From a virus (lineage: Duplodnaviria > Caudoviricetes), in the IMG/VR virus record IMGVR_UViG_3300019093_001485, positions 916 to 64,915 of that record: DNA of 64,000 nt. One strand, 5' to 3'. Made by a program: the position numbers and the translations under genes. How positions within the stretch are numbered: position 1 is the first letter of the stretch; the number at the start of each line of letters is the position of its first letter. Below the pieces are notes generated by a model. That model was not told the DNA's origin. It worked only from the letters and a program-made list of their open reading frames with translations, and ran no database searches. Positions 8,947 through 20,137 of the stretch are shown here, in pieces.

Positions 8947-10551
8947 CTACCCCCATAACGTCAATTCGGTCTTGCCGGTGTATCGATCAACCTGTACCCC
9001 GGCAACCCGCATCAACTTTCCATTCGCATAGTCCCATCGATCATCCTTTACTGAGACTACGGTGCCGCTCCTGACCACATCGATGAGAGCTGGCGAAAGC
9101 CACTGTGATAATTTCGTCATATCTCTCTTTACTTTAAAAAGCGCCAACTGCATGTCTGCAAAGTTTTGTGCCTGTGTTTGGTCTGCCAGCATTGACCGCA
9201 ATTTGATCTCAACCGCATTCGGGTGCGGCGTCTTGACTGAGGCATCAGTAGATGTAGCCTTCCGGTACTCGTTGGCAAGCCATGCACGCGCTATCACCCA
9301 GGCGCGGCTGCCAGGAGCTCGGACAGTGTCGGTATTAACAGTTTTATCACCAGCAAGAGCACTGTCTTCCTGGCGCGTCCAGTTGCGCCCCCATTCCAAT
9401 GTCACCAAGTATGCGGGAGCTACTTCACCATTACCCACAGGGTCTGCAATCTCAATTGTGTCGGTACGCAGGTTCGTCAGAGTGGCGACTGGCGAGCCGG
9501 ATGGTGCGGTCCACTGCAATATCCGGTGCACTCCGCTGGCATCGCCGTACCAGGCACAACCCGCGCTTTCTGCAACCTCACGGATAGCATCAATGGCCGT
9601 AACCTCGTCCATGTACACACATTCGATTTCACCCGGTATTGCTGTATCGAGCGCTGTGATATCACTAGACGATACTGATCCGCCTGAGATACCCGCATAG
9701 GTAAGGAGACGCTGCCAGACTTGCGCATGTGTGCGCTGCGCCGCGCTTGTACCATACACGGCATCGCATGTAATCTGCCCTGCTGGCGGTATGTTCAGAC
9801 GAAAGAAACAGCCGTCAGTTGTATTGGACAGTACCCGGTAGGTGCCTGCGGCAGGGGCGTTGGCAATCATGTCCGCCATGTTGGCGTATGCAGCACCGGC
9901 AGTAATCGGCACGCCTTTATCCCGGACAGCCGATATCGTGACTGCCTGACCGCCCAGAGCAATTGAAGCCTGGTAGATCTGTTTGCTGGTGTTGACCTGA
10001 ACTGGTGACATATTGGACCCCAGCGCCAGCACGATGGGCTTGACCTTGCCTTTGATATCGTCCACGCCTTCCACGCCCAGCGGCAAGGCGTTTGTGCCTG
10101 CATAGCGCACGGTTTGCAATGTCTTGTTCAGGGCTTCGGTCAGGTCTGCCGGGTGGAAGGTAATTTGCGTGCGGCTAAAAATTGGGGCCCCAGTCATGCT
10201 GCCACTGATGGTGACCACATAGCCGGATGGATAGGCAGCACCGCGCTGGCCTATGCGCTGGACGATGCTGCGACCGTCGAATGCATAGCCCTTGAGCAGC
10301 CTGCCCAGCGTGCCGCTGTCGTCATACAGAGTCACTTCGCCTGGTGTGTTGTGGCCGTACTGACCTGGCTTGCTGAAAACGTCAATGCGGGACCAGCCTG
10401 GGTCTTTGAGGAAAGGCCTGTACAGGGCATTGGCGGGTGTTTCGCTTGGCCGTGTGCGATAGGCAAGGCCTGTGCAGAAACGCAGCGTCTCGACCGTGTT
10501 GGTGGCGAGGTTGTAGGCTTCTATCTCTGTCAGGACGATTTGCTCGCTCAT
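8947..10551 (-). CDS. Tail tip / hub protein
   Basis: Directly downstream of tape measure with ATGA overlap; LPLGVEGVDDIKGKVKP motif. Confidence 0.75.
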   Translation of the reverse strand: MSEQIVLTEIEAYNLATNTVETLRFCTGLAYRTRPSETPANALYRPFLKDPGWSRIDVFSKPGQYGHNTPGEVTLYDDSGTLGRLLKGYAFDGRSIVQRIGQRGAAYPSGYVVTISGSMTGAPIFSRTQITFHPADLTEALNKTLQTVRYAGTNALPLGVEGVDDIKGKVKPIVLALGSNMSPVQVNTSKQIYQASIALGGQAVTISAVRDKGVPITAGAAYANMADMIANAPAAGTYRVLSNTTDGCFFRLNIPPAGQITCDAVYGTSAAQRTHAQVWQRLLTYAGISGGSVSSSDITALDTAIPGEIECVYMDEVTAIDAIREVAESAGCAWYGDASGVHRILQWTAPSGSPVATLTNLRTDTIEIADPVGNGEVAPAYLVTLEWGRNWTRQEDSALAGDKTVNTDTVRAPGSRAWVIARAWLANEYRKATSTDASVKTPHPNAVEIKLRSMLADQTQAQNFADMQLALFKVKRDMTKLSQWLSPALIDVVRSGTVVSVKDDRWDYANGKLMRVAGVQVDRYTGKTELTLWG

Positions 10552-13500
10552 GCTGGTGCCCTCGCTTTCAGGCTGAGGGTTGCACCCATGTATTGTTTGA
10601 GCTCGCGGATATCGACAGAACTTGCGTTTTCATCTGTGGATGTCAGAATTTTTTCCAGCAATTCATTTTGCTTTTCAAGCAGATCGTTATTGCGCTCAGC
10701 CTCAGTCACCTGGCGTTTTGCCAGCTCGATGGCTTCTTTGTTGCTGCCCTTGCTGGCCCCGCCATAGCTCCTGATTCCCAGACCTTTGGGGCCCTGCGTA
10801 ATGGGCACAATTGCTTCTGGTCCAGCCTCGCCCATCTCCCCGAAGTTGAATGTCGTCGGTTGCGTGACAATGCCGTTTGTGAAAACACCGCCGCCAGCAA
10901 ATTTTGGAAGTTTCGAATCTATTGGCATATCGCTGGGTGCAAAAATACCCAGTTCCCTAGCAAATTTCTCAAATGCACCAGAGCCGAAGAACTTCTCGTT
11001 CAGGTCCATGTAGTACTGATTGCCTTTACTACCTGGGTTGTATCCAACTTCCAAAGCATACTGAGATTGAATGTAGCTATCTACTTCAGCAGTACGCTGA
11101 TTGTTCAAAGCCATTGCTGCAGCACGTTTTGCCTGCAAATTTCCCTCACCAGGTTTTCCGCCGTATATCTGGTCTGGTGTTGGCGCGGCAGTCGTGGTGA
11201 TGCCGCCATTCTTGACTGCATTTGCAGCGTTTGCAGCATTGACATTGCCGAGTGTGACCTGCAACAAGGCATTGATTGCATCCACCACTGCTTTGGCGCT
11301 GTCTGTGGTTGCATCCTTAAGGTCGATGAGCCCAGTGACTGACTGGTTCAGTGCCGTCAACTGAGCTTTAGCCACATCAGCCTGAGACATCGCTGTCCTG
11401 CCAGCTTTTTCCAATATAGATTGAACAGTGCCAAACTCTTCGACAAACACGCCATTGCTGGCATTGTAGGCTCGGGACAATTCTATAAATTGTTGCAGTT
11501 CCGTTAATGCAGAAGCGTCCTGCGCATTTGCTCGTGCCGTCAGTTCGCCCAAGTTACCTTTTGCACGCAAGTATTTAGCTTCAGTGCCCAGCGTTGAATT
11601 GGCGCCATAGATCAGGCTGTCACGCATGTCCAAGGCGGCCTTGCCGAACGAGCTCATCTTGTCAATCAGCGTCTGCAGTTCGCCTGCCCGTTTTTGATAG
11701 GCAGATGAAAGGTTGCTTTGCGCCTTTGAATATGCAGACTCGTATTCCTGTCTGGCTCTTTCTTGTTCTTGCTGTATGCGCTGCGCCTCTGCCTGTGCGC
11801 TTGCCTTGGCTTTTTCGATGGCAGCTTTGGCGTCATTTGCTGCCCAGGTCTGCTGCTTGATGGCCTTGCTGTATTCGTCCAGGCCTTTGAGTGCATCTGC
11901 ACGCTCAGCGGCCAGCGCGCCTTCTTCATTGCCCAAGGCCCGCATGAGTTCAATATCGAGTGCGCGATGGCCTTTTAATATCTCAAGCTGACTGGCCTCA
12001 TCCTGCAACCCGTAGATTCGCAATTGCTGAGGGCGCAAACCGGCTTCCATGGCGGCTAGCTCAAGCTTGCGTTGCAATGCAGTCGCTTCGACACCTTTAC
12101 CTTCGAGGCGTAAAATTTCAACAGCCAGGCCAGCTTGGCGAGTTGCAAGCTCGCGTGCTTCTTTTTCACGCAGAGCAAGTTCCAGCTTTTCTGCCAATGG
12201 TCGCAGCTCTGCATCGAGCAGCATGATTTCTGTCTGGCGCTTGAGGTTTAGGGCTTGTTGGCCCAGTCCTTGCGCTTCCATGATCTGCAAGATGTAGTCA
12301 CTCTTGCTTGCCGCCAGCGTGTTTGCTTTTTGTGTTGCAGTGTCTCTGATGTTGGCCGTGGCCTCGTTCAAGCTGGCGAATGCGCCGGTGAGTTGCATGA
12401 GGCTGACATAGGTCTTGTCACCAGCTTCAGTACCCAGGGCTTTTGCGGCCTCGATCCACTCCCGCAATTGGCCCAGGGACGTCGGCATGTCTGAACCAAT
12501 TTTTTTGAATTCTGCCGAGATGTTGGCGGTGGCGATGGATGCTTTTTCAGCGTCACTGTAATATTTATCGTAATAGCCAGACGTAATGCTCTGCATTTGT
12601 TGCAGGCCACCGTATAGAGTCACCAGGCCTTCTGCTGCTTTGATACCGCTGGCATTGAGCTTGTAGGTCTCATAGCCCAGCACCTTCATGGCTTCATTGA
12701 CTGCACTGATATCAGTAGCCAGGCGGGATACTGTCTGGGATGCTGTCTCGCCGTCTTTTTTCAAGTTGGTCAAACCCGCCCTGTCGAGCAAGTCTGTGCT
12801 GATGTCGTTGCCAACTTTTTCAAACAACTTGGCAATGTTCTTCTGCATTTCTTCAGCGGTCGTGCCCAGTTCAATGCTGAAATCTTGCGTGCGGTCTTTC
12901 AAAAAGTCTGCACTCAAACCCAGGGCTTTTGCGTAATCGCCAGCGGCCAGCTTTAGGGCATCGTACTCTTTCGTGATCGTGATAAGCAGAGCTTTGTCTG
13001 TGGTCTGGCTTGCTGTGTCGGTATAGTTGCGACCGTCGACCACGGTAGAAGAATTGGCCAGGTTGTACTTCCAAGTGCCAGCTGTGTCGCTGTTGAACCA
13101 GCCGCCGTCTTTTGTCCAAGACACGTCGCGGGTAATGTTTTGGGTACCCAACTGACCAGACAGACCAACGCCCGTCAATTCGCGATCTTTGCCTTGCCCA
13201 AGGACTGCAACTGCCGCAGCAGCCATTGCCGCCCAGCCCCAAACGGGGATCGCGCCTAGTGCGGCACCTATAGAGCCTATTCCAGAGCCCACAGCGCCTC
13301 CTGCTGCAGCACCTGCTGAAAGATTGCCAGCAGTTGCGGCTGATGCATACATGGCAGCCAGACCAGTGTCTGCGCCAATCGTAGCAGCGATACCACCACC
13401 GAAGGCAGAAACAGCACTGGCCCCAAACATGGAGCCAGCAGCCGAAATTGCATTCGCACCAGCGCCAATCATCGAGACTAGACTTAAGCCGCCACTTGCA

Positions 13501-16358
13501 GCCCCTGCGGCTCCTACCGCATTAGCAGCGCCGCTGGCAATGCTGCCCGACATGCTCGCGCCAATATTGACAATCCACTTCTTGGCGGTCATCTGCCACA
13601 ACCAGTCAAAAAAGCCATTTTTGAGCGTTTCGCGCAGGCGGGTAGCGAAGTCCTTGCTGCCGTTGGCAATGCTGACAAAGGTATCGTGGGCCGTGCGCTC
13701 GATGGTATCGAGATAACCAATCCATTCGGTACGCTGCGCTTTGACAGCCGCTGCTGACTTTTCGACTGCTGCCGTCGCAGTGGCTTTGTTGATCAGATCT
13801 TCCTGGTCGACCAGGAACAGATTTTGTTTTTTGATATCCTGTATTTTTTTCTGCAGGTCAATCTCGATCTTGTATTGAGCGATGATCGTCTCACGCTCGC
13901 TGACAGATCGACCCATCAGGGAAACTTCCAGATTGCTTAGATCAATACCTTGCTTGACAGAGAGAGTATAAGCCGACGCAGCCTCTGCCATACGGCCACA
14001 GGTGAGTACCTGATTATTAAAGACATCAAGGCCTTGCTTGGCCCGGTCTTGCGTTTCTTTCTCATATTTTGCCAAGTCACCTTTGATGCCAGCACTAAGC
14101 ACTTCTTTTGCCTGGTTGGATATGTTCAATGCGCGGGCATATTCCAGCTCCGCCTTTGTTGCGCGGGCAGTGCCGTCAGCCAGTCTTGTTTTTAGGTCAA
14201 TGTAAATCTTATCGCTGGCGGAACTTGCTTTTGTGGTGCGCAACTCTTCATCGAGGGCTTGCGAACGCTCCATCATCCTACGAATGATGGAGTCGTATGC
14301 ATTAGATTCTTCGGCTGTAGTTTTTGCGGCTTCCTTGCCAGCCTTGGATTTGTTATAGGTTTCTGTCGCGAGCTGGCCGATCAGCTTGATGTATTCCTTT
14401 TCGCCGATCACGCCTTTGTCACGAGCGGCTTCCAGCTTGGTCAGATCTTCTAGATATTGTTTGTTAACACCGGAAAGACGCTGGCGCACTTCAATCAGAT
14501 CATTCGCGGCTTTGCCATGCAATGCGTCTTTTTGTTCTGCTGCAGTTTTTCTTTCGATCTTGGTGGTCAAATCTGCGTACTGCTGTCCAAGTGCGCGCAT
14601 TTTTTCCTGACGAGTAATGATGTCGTCGTTTTTATACTCACCCTCACCTTTTTTCGCTTGCTCTAATTTTTTGACTACTTCAGCGAGTTGGTCCGTTGTC
14701 TCGCTAGGTTGTTTGGCATATCCTCCGAGCCCCTTTTCATGTAGCTCATTCCGCCTTTCAAGTTTTTGGATTTCTTTATCTAATCCATCCAGGATTCGCT
14801 GATGTTTCTCGCCGAAAGACTCGGCAGCTTTTTCCGATGACTCCTTGGCATTATTACCCCAGGCCATCCAGGCAGCCACGCCCACACCCAGCAGAATTGA
14901 GATGGCACCTATTGGACCACCAAGCATGGCCAATGCCCGTGTAGCAAGGCCACTGGCCGCACCACCAGCTGCGGTAGCTGCGGTAAGAGCGACCTGCGAT
15001 GCGGCCTGTGCGGCATTTGCCGCCGTGATTTGAGCCGATACACGCGCCTGCTGTTGACCGAGCAGTGCCAGCTCTGCAGTTGCTGCACTCCTGGCTTGCA
15101 TAGCCACTACGAGCGCGGCCTCGCCTTGTGCCAGCATGGCTAACGCATACGACTGCGCGCCAGCAGCGCGTGCGGCGTTGATTTGTGCAGTGGCAGCAGC
15201 GACAGACGCATTGGCTAGAGCAAGGTCAGAAACGGCAGCCTGTCGTGATGTTACGATTGCAGCCTGAGTCAGCGCCATGCGCTCGCCAGTTGCGACGGCA
15301 GCGGCTATTTCCGCCTGTGCTGACGCTATTCCCGCCGCCCTTTGCACAGTTTGAGCCTCTGCGTATGCCAGCACACTAGTGGCCCCTTGGACTGCTGCGA
15401 CGCCAACTGAGGCCAGCATTTCGGCCAGCTTAGTTACGACCAGGCCTGTAGCAGCTGCGGCAACCAGACCAAGATTATCTGCAAGAGTTGTGAACGCACT
15501 TGCGATTATCTTGACAGTGCCGTTTGCTTCGGCGGTTGTCCCAACAAACTCCATGACACTGTTTTTCAGAACAGTAAACGCTCCGCCGATGGTCTGGACA
15601 TTTTTGGCCTCCTCGCGTAACTCCTTAAGTGCGTTTGGCAGGACGTTCGCCATGATTTCGGAGGTAATCTTGCCCTCAGAGGCCATGCTTTTTAGCGCAC
15701 CAACTGGTACGCCAATTCCATCGGCCAGCGCCTTCATCAGGCGCGGTGCCGCTTCATTGACCGCATTAAATTCTTCACCACGAAGCGTGCCAGATGCAAA
15801 TGCCTGGGAGAGTTGCAGCATGGCCGAGGATGATTCAGCAAACGTCGCTCCACTGACTTTCAGAGCAAGGTTGACGGTCTCGGTAATTTCAGCAACCTTC
15901 TTTTGCGACACGCCCAGCTCTCGAGTACCATTGGCAATACGGGCATACAGCACACCAGTCGCAGACAGGTCCGCGTGAGCTTCTTTTGCGATGCGTCGCA
16001 CGTCCGCCAGGGCACTGACATATTCACTGGTACTTACAGTGGCAAGTTTCAGTTGTGCGGTAAATTTGGCATACTGATCTATCATCTGAACTATCTGCAT
16101 CCCGCCGAACGCCGCCGCAGCCATACCCATGACTCTGCTGAGAGTTGATGTTGTCTCGGACAAAAGTCTGGTCTGGCGTTCGGCCAAGGCTGCGGAATTT
16201 CCAAATTGATTGAAATTCCGCGATCCTGTTGCCCCAACGCGATCAGCCGCATTGGCAGTGTTATTCGCAGCCTGTGTAGTCGCATTCAGAGACTGTTGAC
16301 CAGCATTCAGTCCGGATGTATCAAATCCGATACCGATTGTTGTAATATCAATTGTCAT
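10548..16358 (-). CDS. Tail tape measure protein
   Basis: About 1936 aa, Ala-rich helical; QLSQAFASGTLRGEEFNAVNE tape-measure domain; C-terminal FAGGG...MGEAGPEAIVP. Confidence 0.96.
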   Translation of the reverse strand: MTIDITTIGIGFDTSGLNAGQQSLNATTQAANNTANAADRVGATGSRNFNQFGNSAALAERQTRLLSETTSTLSRVMGMAAAAFGGMQIVQMIDQYAKFTAQLKLATVSTSEYVSALADVRRIAKEAHADLSATGVLYARIANGTRELGVSQKKVAEITETVNLALKVSGATFAESSSAMLQLSQAFASGTLRGEEFNAVNEAAPRLMKALADGIGVPVGALKSMASEGKITSEIMANVLPNALKELREEAKNVQTIGGAFTVLKNSVMEFVGTTAEANGTVKIIASAFTTLADNLGLVAAAATGLVVTKLAEMLASVGVAAVQGATSVLAYAEAQTVQRAAGIASAQAEIAAAVATGERMALTQAAIVTSRQAAVSDLALANASVAAATAQINAARAAGAQSYALAMLAQGEAALVVAMQARSAATAELALLGQQQARVSAQITAANAAQAASQVALTAATAAGGAASGLATRALAMLGGPIGAISILLGVGVAAWMAWGNNAKESSEKAAESFGEKHQRILDGLDKEIQKLERRNELHEKGLGGYAKQPSETTDQLAEVVKKLEQAKKGEGEYKNDDIITRQEKMRALGQQYADLTTKIERKTAAEQKDALHGKAANDLIEVRQRLSGVNKQYLEDLTKLEAARDKGVIGEKEYIKLIGQLATETYNKSKAGKEAAKTTAEESNAYDSIIRRMMERSQALDEELRTTKASSASDKIYIDLKTRLADGTARATKAELEYARALNISNQAKEVLSAGIKGDLAKYEKETQDRAKQGLDVFNNQVLTCGRMAEAASAYTLSVKQGIDLSNLEVSLMGRSVSERETIIAQYKIEIDLQKKIQDIKKQNLFLVDQEDLINKATATAAVEKSAAAVKAQRTEWIGYLDTIERTAHDTFVSIANGSKDFATRLRETLKNGFFDWLWQMTAKKWIVNIGASMSGSIASGAANAVGAAGAASGGLSLVSMIGAGANAISAAGSMFGASAVSAFGGGIAATIGADTGLAAMYASAATAGNLSAGAAAGGAVGSGIGSIGAALGAIPVWGWAAMAAAAVAVLGQGKDRELTGVGLSGQLGTQNITRDVSWTKDGGWFNSDTAGTWKYNLANSSTVVDGRNYTDTASQTTDKALLITITKEYDALKLAAGDYAKALGLSADFLKDRTQDFSIELGTTAEEMQKNIAKLFEKVGNDISTDLLDRAGLTNLKKDGETASQTVSRLATDISAVNEAMKVLGYETYKLNASGIKAAEGLVTLYGGLQQMQSITSGYYDKYYSDAEKASIATANISAEFKKIGSDMPTSLGQLREWIEAAKALGTEAGDKTYVSLMQLTGAFASLNEATANIRDTATQKANTLAASKSDYILQIMEAQGLGQQALNLKRQTEIMLLDAELRPLAEKLELALREKEARELATRQAGLAVEILRLEGKGVEATALQRKLELAAMEAGLRPQQLRIYGLQDEASQLEILKGHRALDIELMRALGNEEGALAAERADALKGLDEYSKAIKQQTWAANDAKAAIEKAKASAQAEAQRIQQEQERARQEYESAYSKAQSNLSSAYQKRAGELQTLIDKMSSFGKAALDMRDSLIYGANSTLGTEAKYLRAKGNLGELTARANAQDASALTELQQFIELSRAYNASNGVFVEEFGTVQSILEKAGRTAMSQADVAKAQLTALNQSVTGLIDLKDATTDSAKAVVDAINALLQVTLGNVNAANAANAVKNGGITTTAAPTPDQIYGGKPGEGNLQAKRAAAMALNNQRTAEVDSYIQSQYALEVGYNPGSKGNQYYMDLNEKFFGSGAFEKFARELGIFAPSDMPIDSKLPKFAGGGVFTNGIVTQPTTFNFGEMGEAGPEAIVPITQGPKGLGIRSYGGASKGSNKEAIELAKRQVTEAERNNDLLEKQNELLEKILTSTDENASSVDIRELKQYMGATLSLKARAPA

Positions 16359-17117
16359 TCTGAATGCTTTCAAGTGCTACGCGATCAAGCGCGCGGATAG
16401 TATCCAACTGCCAAATTTCTGGACGAAGACGCCGATTTCGAAAAAAGCTTTCAATCTCAATTTCTGAAATCGGACTGGGAGCCATACCAACTTGCCTGGA
16501 AGAATTGAGACTGAGAAACCAGCCCCACTCATCAGCAAGTAGGTTGGGAAAATCAACCGGGTTGATACCTTCAGCAGGCATCCTCCCAGTCATTTTTTCG
16601 ACTACAGCCAGGGTTTCCCGCAGGCTTACGCCGTCGCTGCCTCGTTTTCCGAGCCGGAATTCGTGTCCGGCGTATTCAATGAGGTCGGCAACGGCTTCTT
16701 GGTAAAATTTGCGACACTCTCCGAAAAGCTATTGATTTGCGTGATCCAGTGCGGATTGCGCGCCAAAGCGAGTTTCAATATGTCCTGAGAAAAATCTTGC
16801 TTGACACCCTTCCAACCAGTCACGCGCACAGCGGAACCGTCAATTTCATTATTGACACTGTTTTCAATCAGGCTTTGAGCGAACTCAATTTCCTTTTTTT
16901 GCTTTTTGGCAATTTCAGTTCCTGCCACATACTGTTTGGTTTTACCCTTGATGAACGAAACCACGCGCTGAGCATGTGCACCCAGAACAAGTACACGGAT
17001 ACCTGTTGATGTAACCATGTCAGCGCTCATGAGCTCCAGTTCCTGTGGGATTTCGCAGTCAGCGACAGCATTCAAGTCGTCCAAATCAACCAGTTTGTTT
17101 TGTGTTGCAGTTGTCAT
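16348..17117 (-). CDS. Tail assembly chaperone G (16626..17117) and GT fusion via -1 programmed frameshift
   Basis: Slippery A-AAT-TTT at 16704-16710; the -1 frame reads NFYQEAVADLIEYAGHEF... without a stop into ORF 16348..16593. Confidence 0.88.
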
Positions 17118-17229
17118 AATTTACTTTCGCAGAGAAAAAAATGCCCGTGCCCATCCAGTGCTCCCTGCGAAGGAAGACACCAGACGGGTCGGTACGAGTG
17201 ATTGGCTTGCGCCAGAGAGAGGTCAGGCT

Positions 17230-18455
17230 TTATGCCTGGGAGTCTTGAACCATCAGGGTTGTGGCATGGTTTGCGGTACCGGTGCCCCAGCGCTATTACG
17301 GTAGGCCGTATAGTTGTATGTCCGCTTCAATCCCGTCTGATTGTCATCAGGAGTATTTGATGTTAACTTTACCGCTGTCATGGTAGAGGTCATTACGTCG
17401 GCGTTTGCAGCGGCACCAGCCGTCAGAGCCGAAATGATGCTGGTCTGCGTCTCGTTGCGGAACAGATCAGGCACTGTGCCACCCTCGAAGTACGCGGTGA
17501 ACGAGCCAGAAACCATTAGCATGCCCCGAAAAACATCAGGACGCACATCCGTGCCCACAACAGCGTCTGCAACCGCGCCTTTTCCATCAATATTGATCGA
17601 CAAATCAGTGACTGTCGCGACTGCCACACCATCGACTAACAGAACACCATTTGCGGCCGCCAGTGCATCAGTGGTCGATTCCGGGGCTGGTGAAGTGAAA
17701 TAGGCTGATGTGTCAGAAGTCTGATCCAATCCCAGGGCGGTAAATTTAATCTTGGCATTGCCAGTTCCTGGCAACGACAAGTCAGCCTTTACGAATTTGA
17801 CGTCGAGATTACGTTCGGAAACTCCTGCTACTGGATACCACTCTTCGACTGTGTAATACGGATCGGTATGACCCGATACTGGCACGTAAGTTACTTTACC
17901 TGGCACTGATACTGTTGCGGATGCAATTGGGCCCTCTGGCGTCAGCGAGAGTTTATTGAGCACGATGCCAGTCAATACCAACGCAGTTACATTAGTGACC
18001 AGTATGTTTTTGTTCAAATTTCCAGCGGCAAATGAGCCAGCTGTGAGCCGCACTACCATGCCGATCTTGATACCGTCAGTCAAGAAAGATCCCGCTGCAC
18101 GTGTCAATGTGTAACCGGAGCCGCTACTTGCAATTGTGATCGATGCTGCTGTAATTGCTGACACAACAGCAAAATCTTTGCGCATAACAGCGGACAGCGG
18201 ATCGGAATAGGTGCCAGGCGAAAGAATGCCGTCGATATTGCCATTGATAGTTTTGGCACCATGGCGAACACTGGCCAGTTGTTGAGCACTGTTGATTTCG
18301 CTTTCTGTTGTGTAGGTTTCTTTGACCAGTTCAAACTTGGAGTTCTCGCGCCGCATAGTTTGGCCCAAGGATGTTCCCGCCAACGCCCCTTTCGCAGATT
18401 GGCGCTTGATACGCGTTTGTTTGTACACGCCTTGATCGATTGTCATTTTTGACAC
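17230..18455 (-). CDS. Major tail tube protein; C-terminus frameshifted at G4 run 17285-17288
   Basis: 400-aa ORF upstream of the chaperone; one extra G restores the end AGGTGTANHATTLMVQDSQA* (stop 17230-17232). Confidence 0.85.
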
Positions 18456-18532
18456 CTCAAATAAAAAAAGCCCGCAAGGCGAGCAATAAATAAAGCCCGC
18501 TGTTTAGGCGGGCTGCTTGTCCGGAAGTCCGG

Positions 18533-18943
18533 CTATCCTTTGACGTATGCTGACCAGGGAATCGAAACTGGGACTACCCACCTGTCATCGTCAGTAAATC
18601 CTGTGGCAATTGTTGCTGTGTTGTTGACGTCAACACGTGTACCGCCTTCAGTGATGCTGGTCGGCGGCTTGAAGAGCGCTTTGATACGCGCTGCGTAGAG
18701 TTCCGCATCTGCTGTACCCATTCCTTGCGGATAGAACAGAGACACCTGGCAGATGCCTTGCAGTTGCGTAAGCGTCCGCCCCATCACCAGGTCGGCAGGA
18801 TCTGCGCGAAGGATATTTATTCGCTGATATGGAACACCTGCCTCTGGAGTAAAAGCGATGTTTTCATACGCAGTCGCCAATGGCGAAACCATAGCGGCCA
18901 GTGTTTTCTCAAACGCCCGCCTTACATTGATATCGTCGCTCAT
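18533..18943 (-). CDS. Tail terminator-like protein (DUF4128-like)
   Basis: AYEN..F.P...PY, GICQVSLFYPQG.G, VPVSIPW; position. Confidence 0.8.
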   Translation of the reverse strand: MSDDINVRRAFEKTLAAMVSPLATAYENIAFTPEAGVPYQRINILRADPADLVMGRTLTQLQGICQVSLFYPQGMGTADAELYAARIKALFKPPTSITEGGTRVDVNNTATIATGFTDDDRWVVPVSIPWSAYVKG

Positions 18944-19395
18944 TTTAGGTTCTTAGCAAGTTGTCTTACGATGTTCTTAAATTCCATCGCTGTTATCCTG
19001 ACCACGCCTGCCTGCGCTTGCTTAGACCAAGCGTTGTATTCAATTCTCCTGGAATATGGCAGCGAGTTCGTAATAAACACCTGAGTGCCGAGCGGAAAGC
19101 TACCAATTGCACCAGCGCCACGTTTAAGGGAAGACATACCCGTCATGTCTGGGGCTGCAGCTGCATTGAAGTCAATCACACCGACCGACACCTGCCAGTT
19201 TGCCTTGAACCTGCCACCAACATAGCCTGGTGGTACCCGCGTCGGATCTTTCCACATAGAAGGGTCACCAACCGGCGACTTGAGAATGACGCGCTTGAGT
19301 AGCTCCATTGCCGAAGCACGAACCAGCGCTTCCATGTTGTCGCCAGCCTTTTTCATAAGTTTGGCGAAGTCACGCTTGAATTGTGCGTTGCTCAT
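18940..19395 (-). CDS. Neck protein (HK97 gp10-like)
   Basis: SPVG...GGRFKANW...NSLPYSRRIEY...SKQAQAGVV. Confidence 0.85.
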   Translation of the reverse strand: MSNAQFKRDFAKLMKKAGDNMEALVRASAMELLKRVILKSPVGDPSMWKDPTRVPPGYVGGRFKANWQVSVGVIDFNAAAAPDMTGMSSLKRGAGAIGSFPLGTQVFITNSLPYSRRIEYNAWSKQAQAGVVRITAMEFKNIVRQLAKNLK

Positions 19396-19766
19396 TTCCG
19401 TAAGAGAACTTCATAAAGGACAGGGATTCCTGCAGGTGCCAGGGTCTTGGTCGCCACGACATGCCAGGTTTTAGTACCGATAATCACGAAAGACCCTGGT
19501 TGTGGTTCTGTCATACCAACCGGCGACAGCAACAATTGCTTGTCACCAGCTAGAATCAGTGTGCCAGGCAAAAAGGCGGTACCAGACAAATGCAGCGAAA
19601 AATCGAAGACGGCCCCTGTGCCTGGCAGATCAGAGCTAGTCGTTGATGGTTTTCCTGTTGATGGATCATAAGCACCTGTAGTAACTGTTCTAATTGTGAC
19701 TGGTTGCCCGGTTTCGGCCAGAATGGCATCGACATCCAGCGCAATCGAGGCGTAGTCGAGGCTCAT
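19392..19766 (-). CDS. Head closure / head-tail joining protein
   Basis: GQPVTIR...GAYDPSTG...ILAGDKQL; position. Confidence 0.75.
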   Translation of the reverse strand: MSLDYASIALDVDAILAETGQPVTIRTVTTGAYDPSTGKPSTTSSDLPGTGAVFDFSLHLSGTAFLPGTLILAGDKQLLLSPVGMTEPQPGSFVIIGTKTWHVVATKTLAPAGIPVLYEVLLRK

Positions 19767-20137
19767 GAGTCCTTCTTCACATAGTCATACGGTGGAGTTT
19801 CTTCAAAGCGCACTGCCTTAATCGTCGTTTTGCGATCAATTAAGGCTCGGGTTACGCGATGCCAGCCGTCCATGATGTAGCCTTCTTGGTCAAGAATGAT
19901 CGGATGTGATGTATCAACATCCAAAACACGACGCATGTGCCCTGCTAGGTCACGAGCAGACCGAACAGGATCCCAGACTTCGGAGCCGATATAGATTGCG
20001 GCCAAAGGTAGGTCGAAGACGGGTAGGGATTTCGCCCGCATTATCAAATTTGCGACGATCCAGACTTTGTCCTGGCAACTGAAGGTATTTTCTTCAACCT
20101 TTACGCCGTCTATTTTGACAACTGGATAATCATTCAT
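19763..20137 (-). CDS. ParB/Srx-like small protein
   Basis: PIILDQEGYIMDGWHR motif; coupled at both ends. Confidence 0.65.
   Translation of the reverse strand: MNDYPVVKIDGVKVEENTFSCQDKVWIVANLIMRAKSLPVFDLPLAAIYIGSEVWDPVRSARDLAGHMRRVLDVDTSHPIILDQEGYIMDGWHRVTRALIDRKTTIKAVRFEETPPYDYVKKDS

Noticed and set aside
8947-16373. Many long plus-strand ORFs opposite the tail and tape-measure genes
   Set aside because: Antisense shadows of Ala-rich, codon-biased genes; no RBS or motifs
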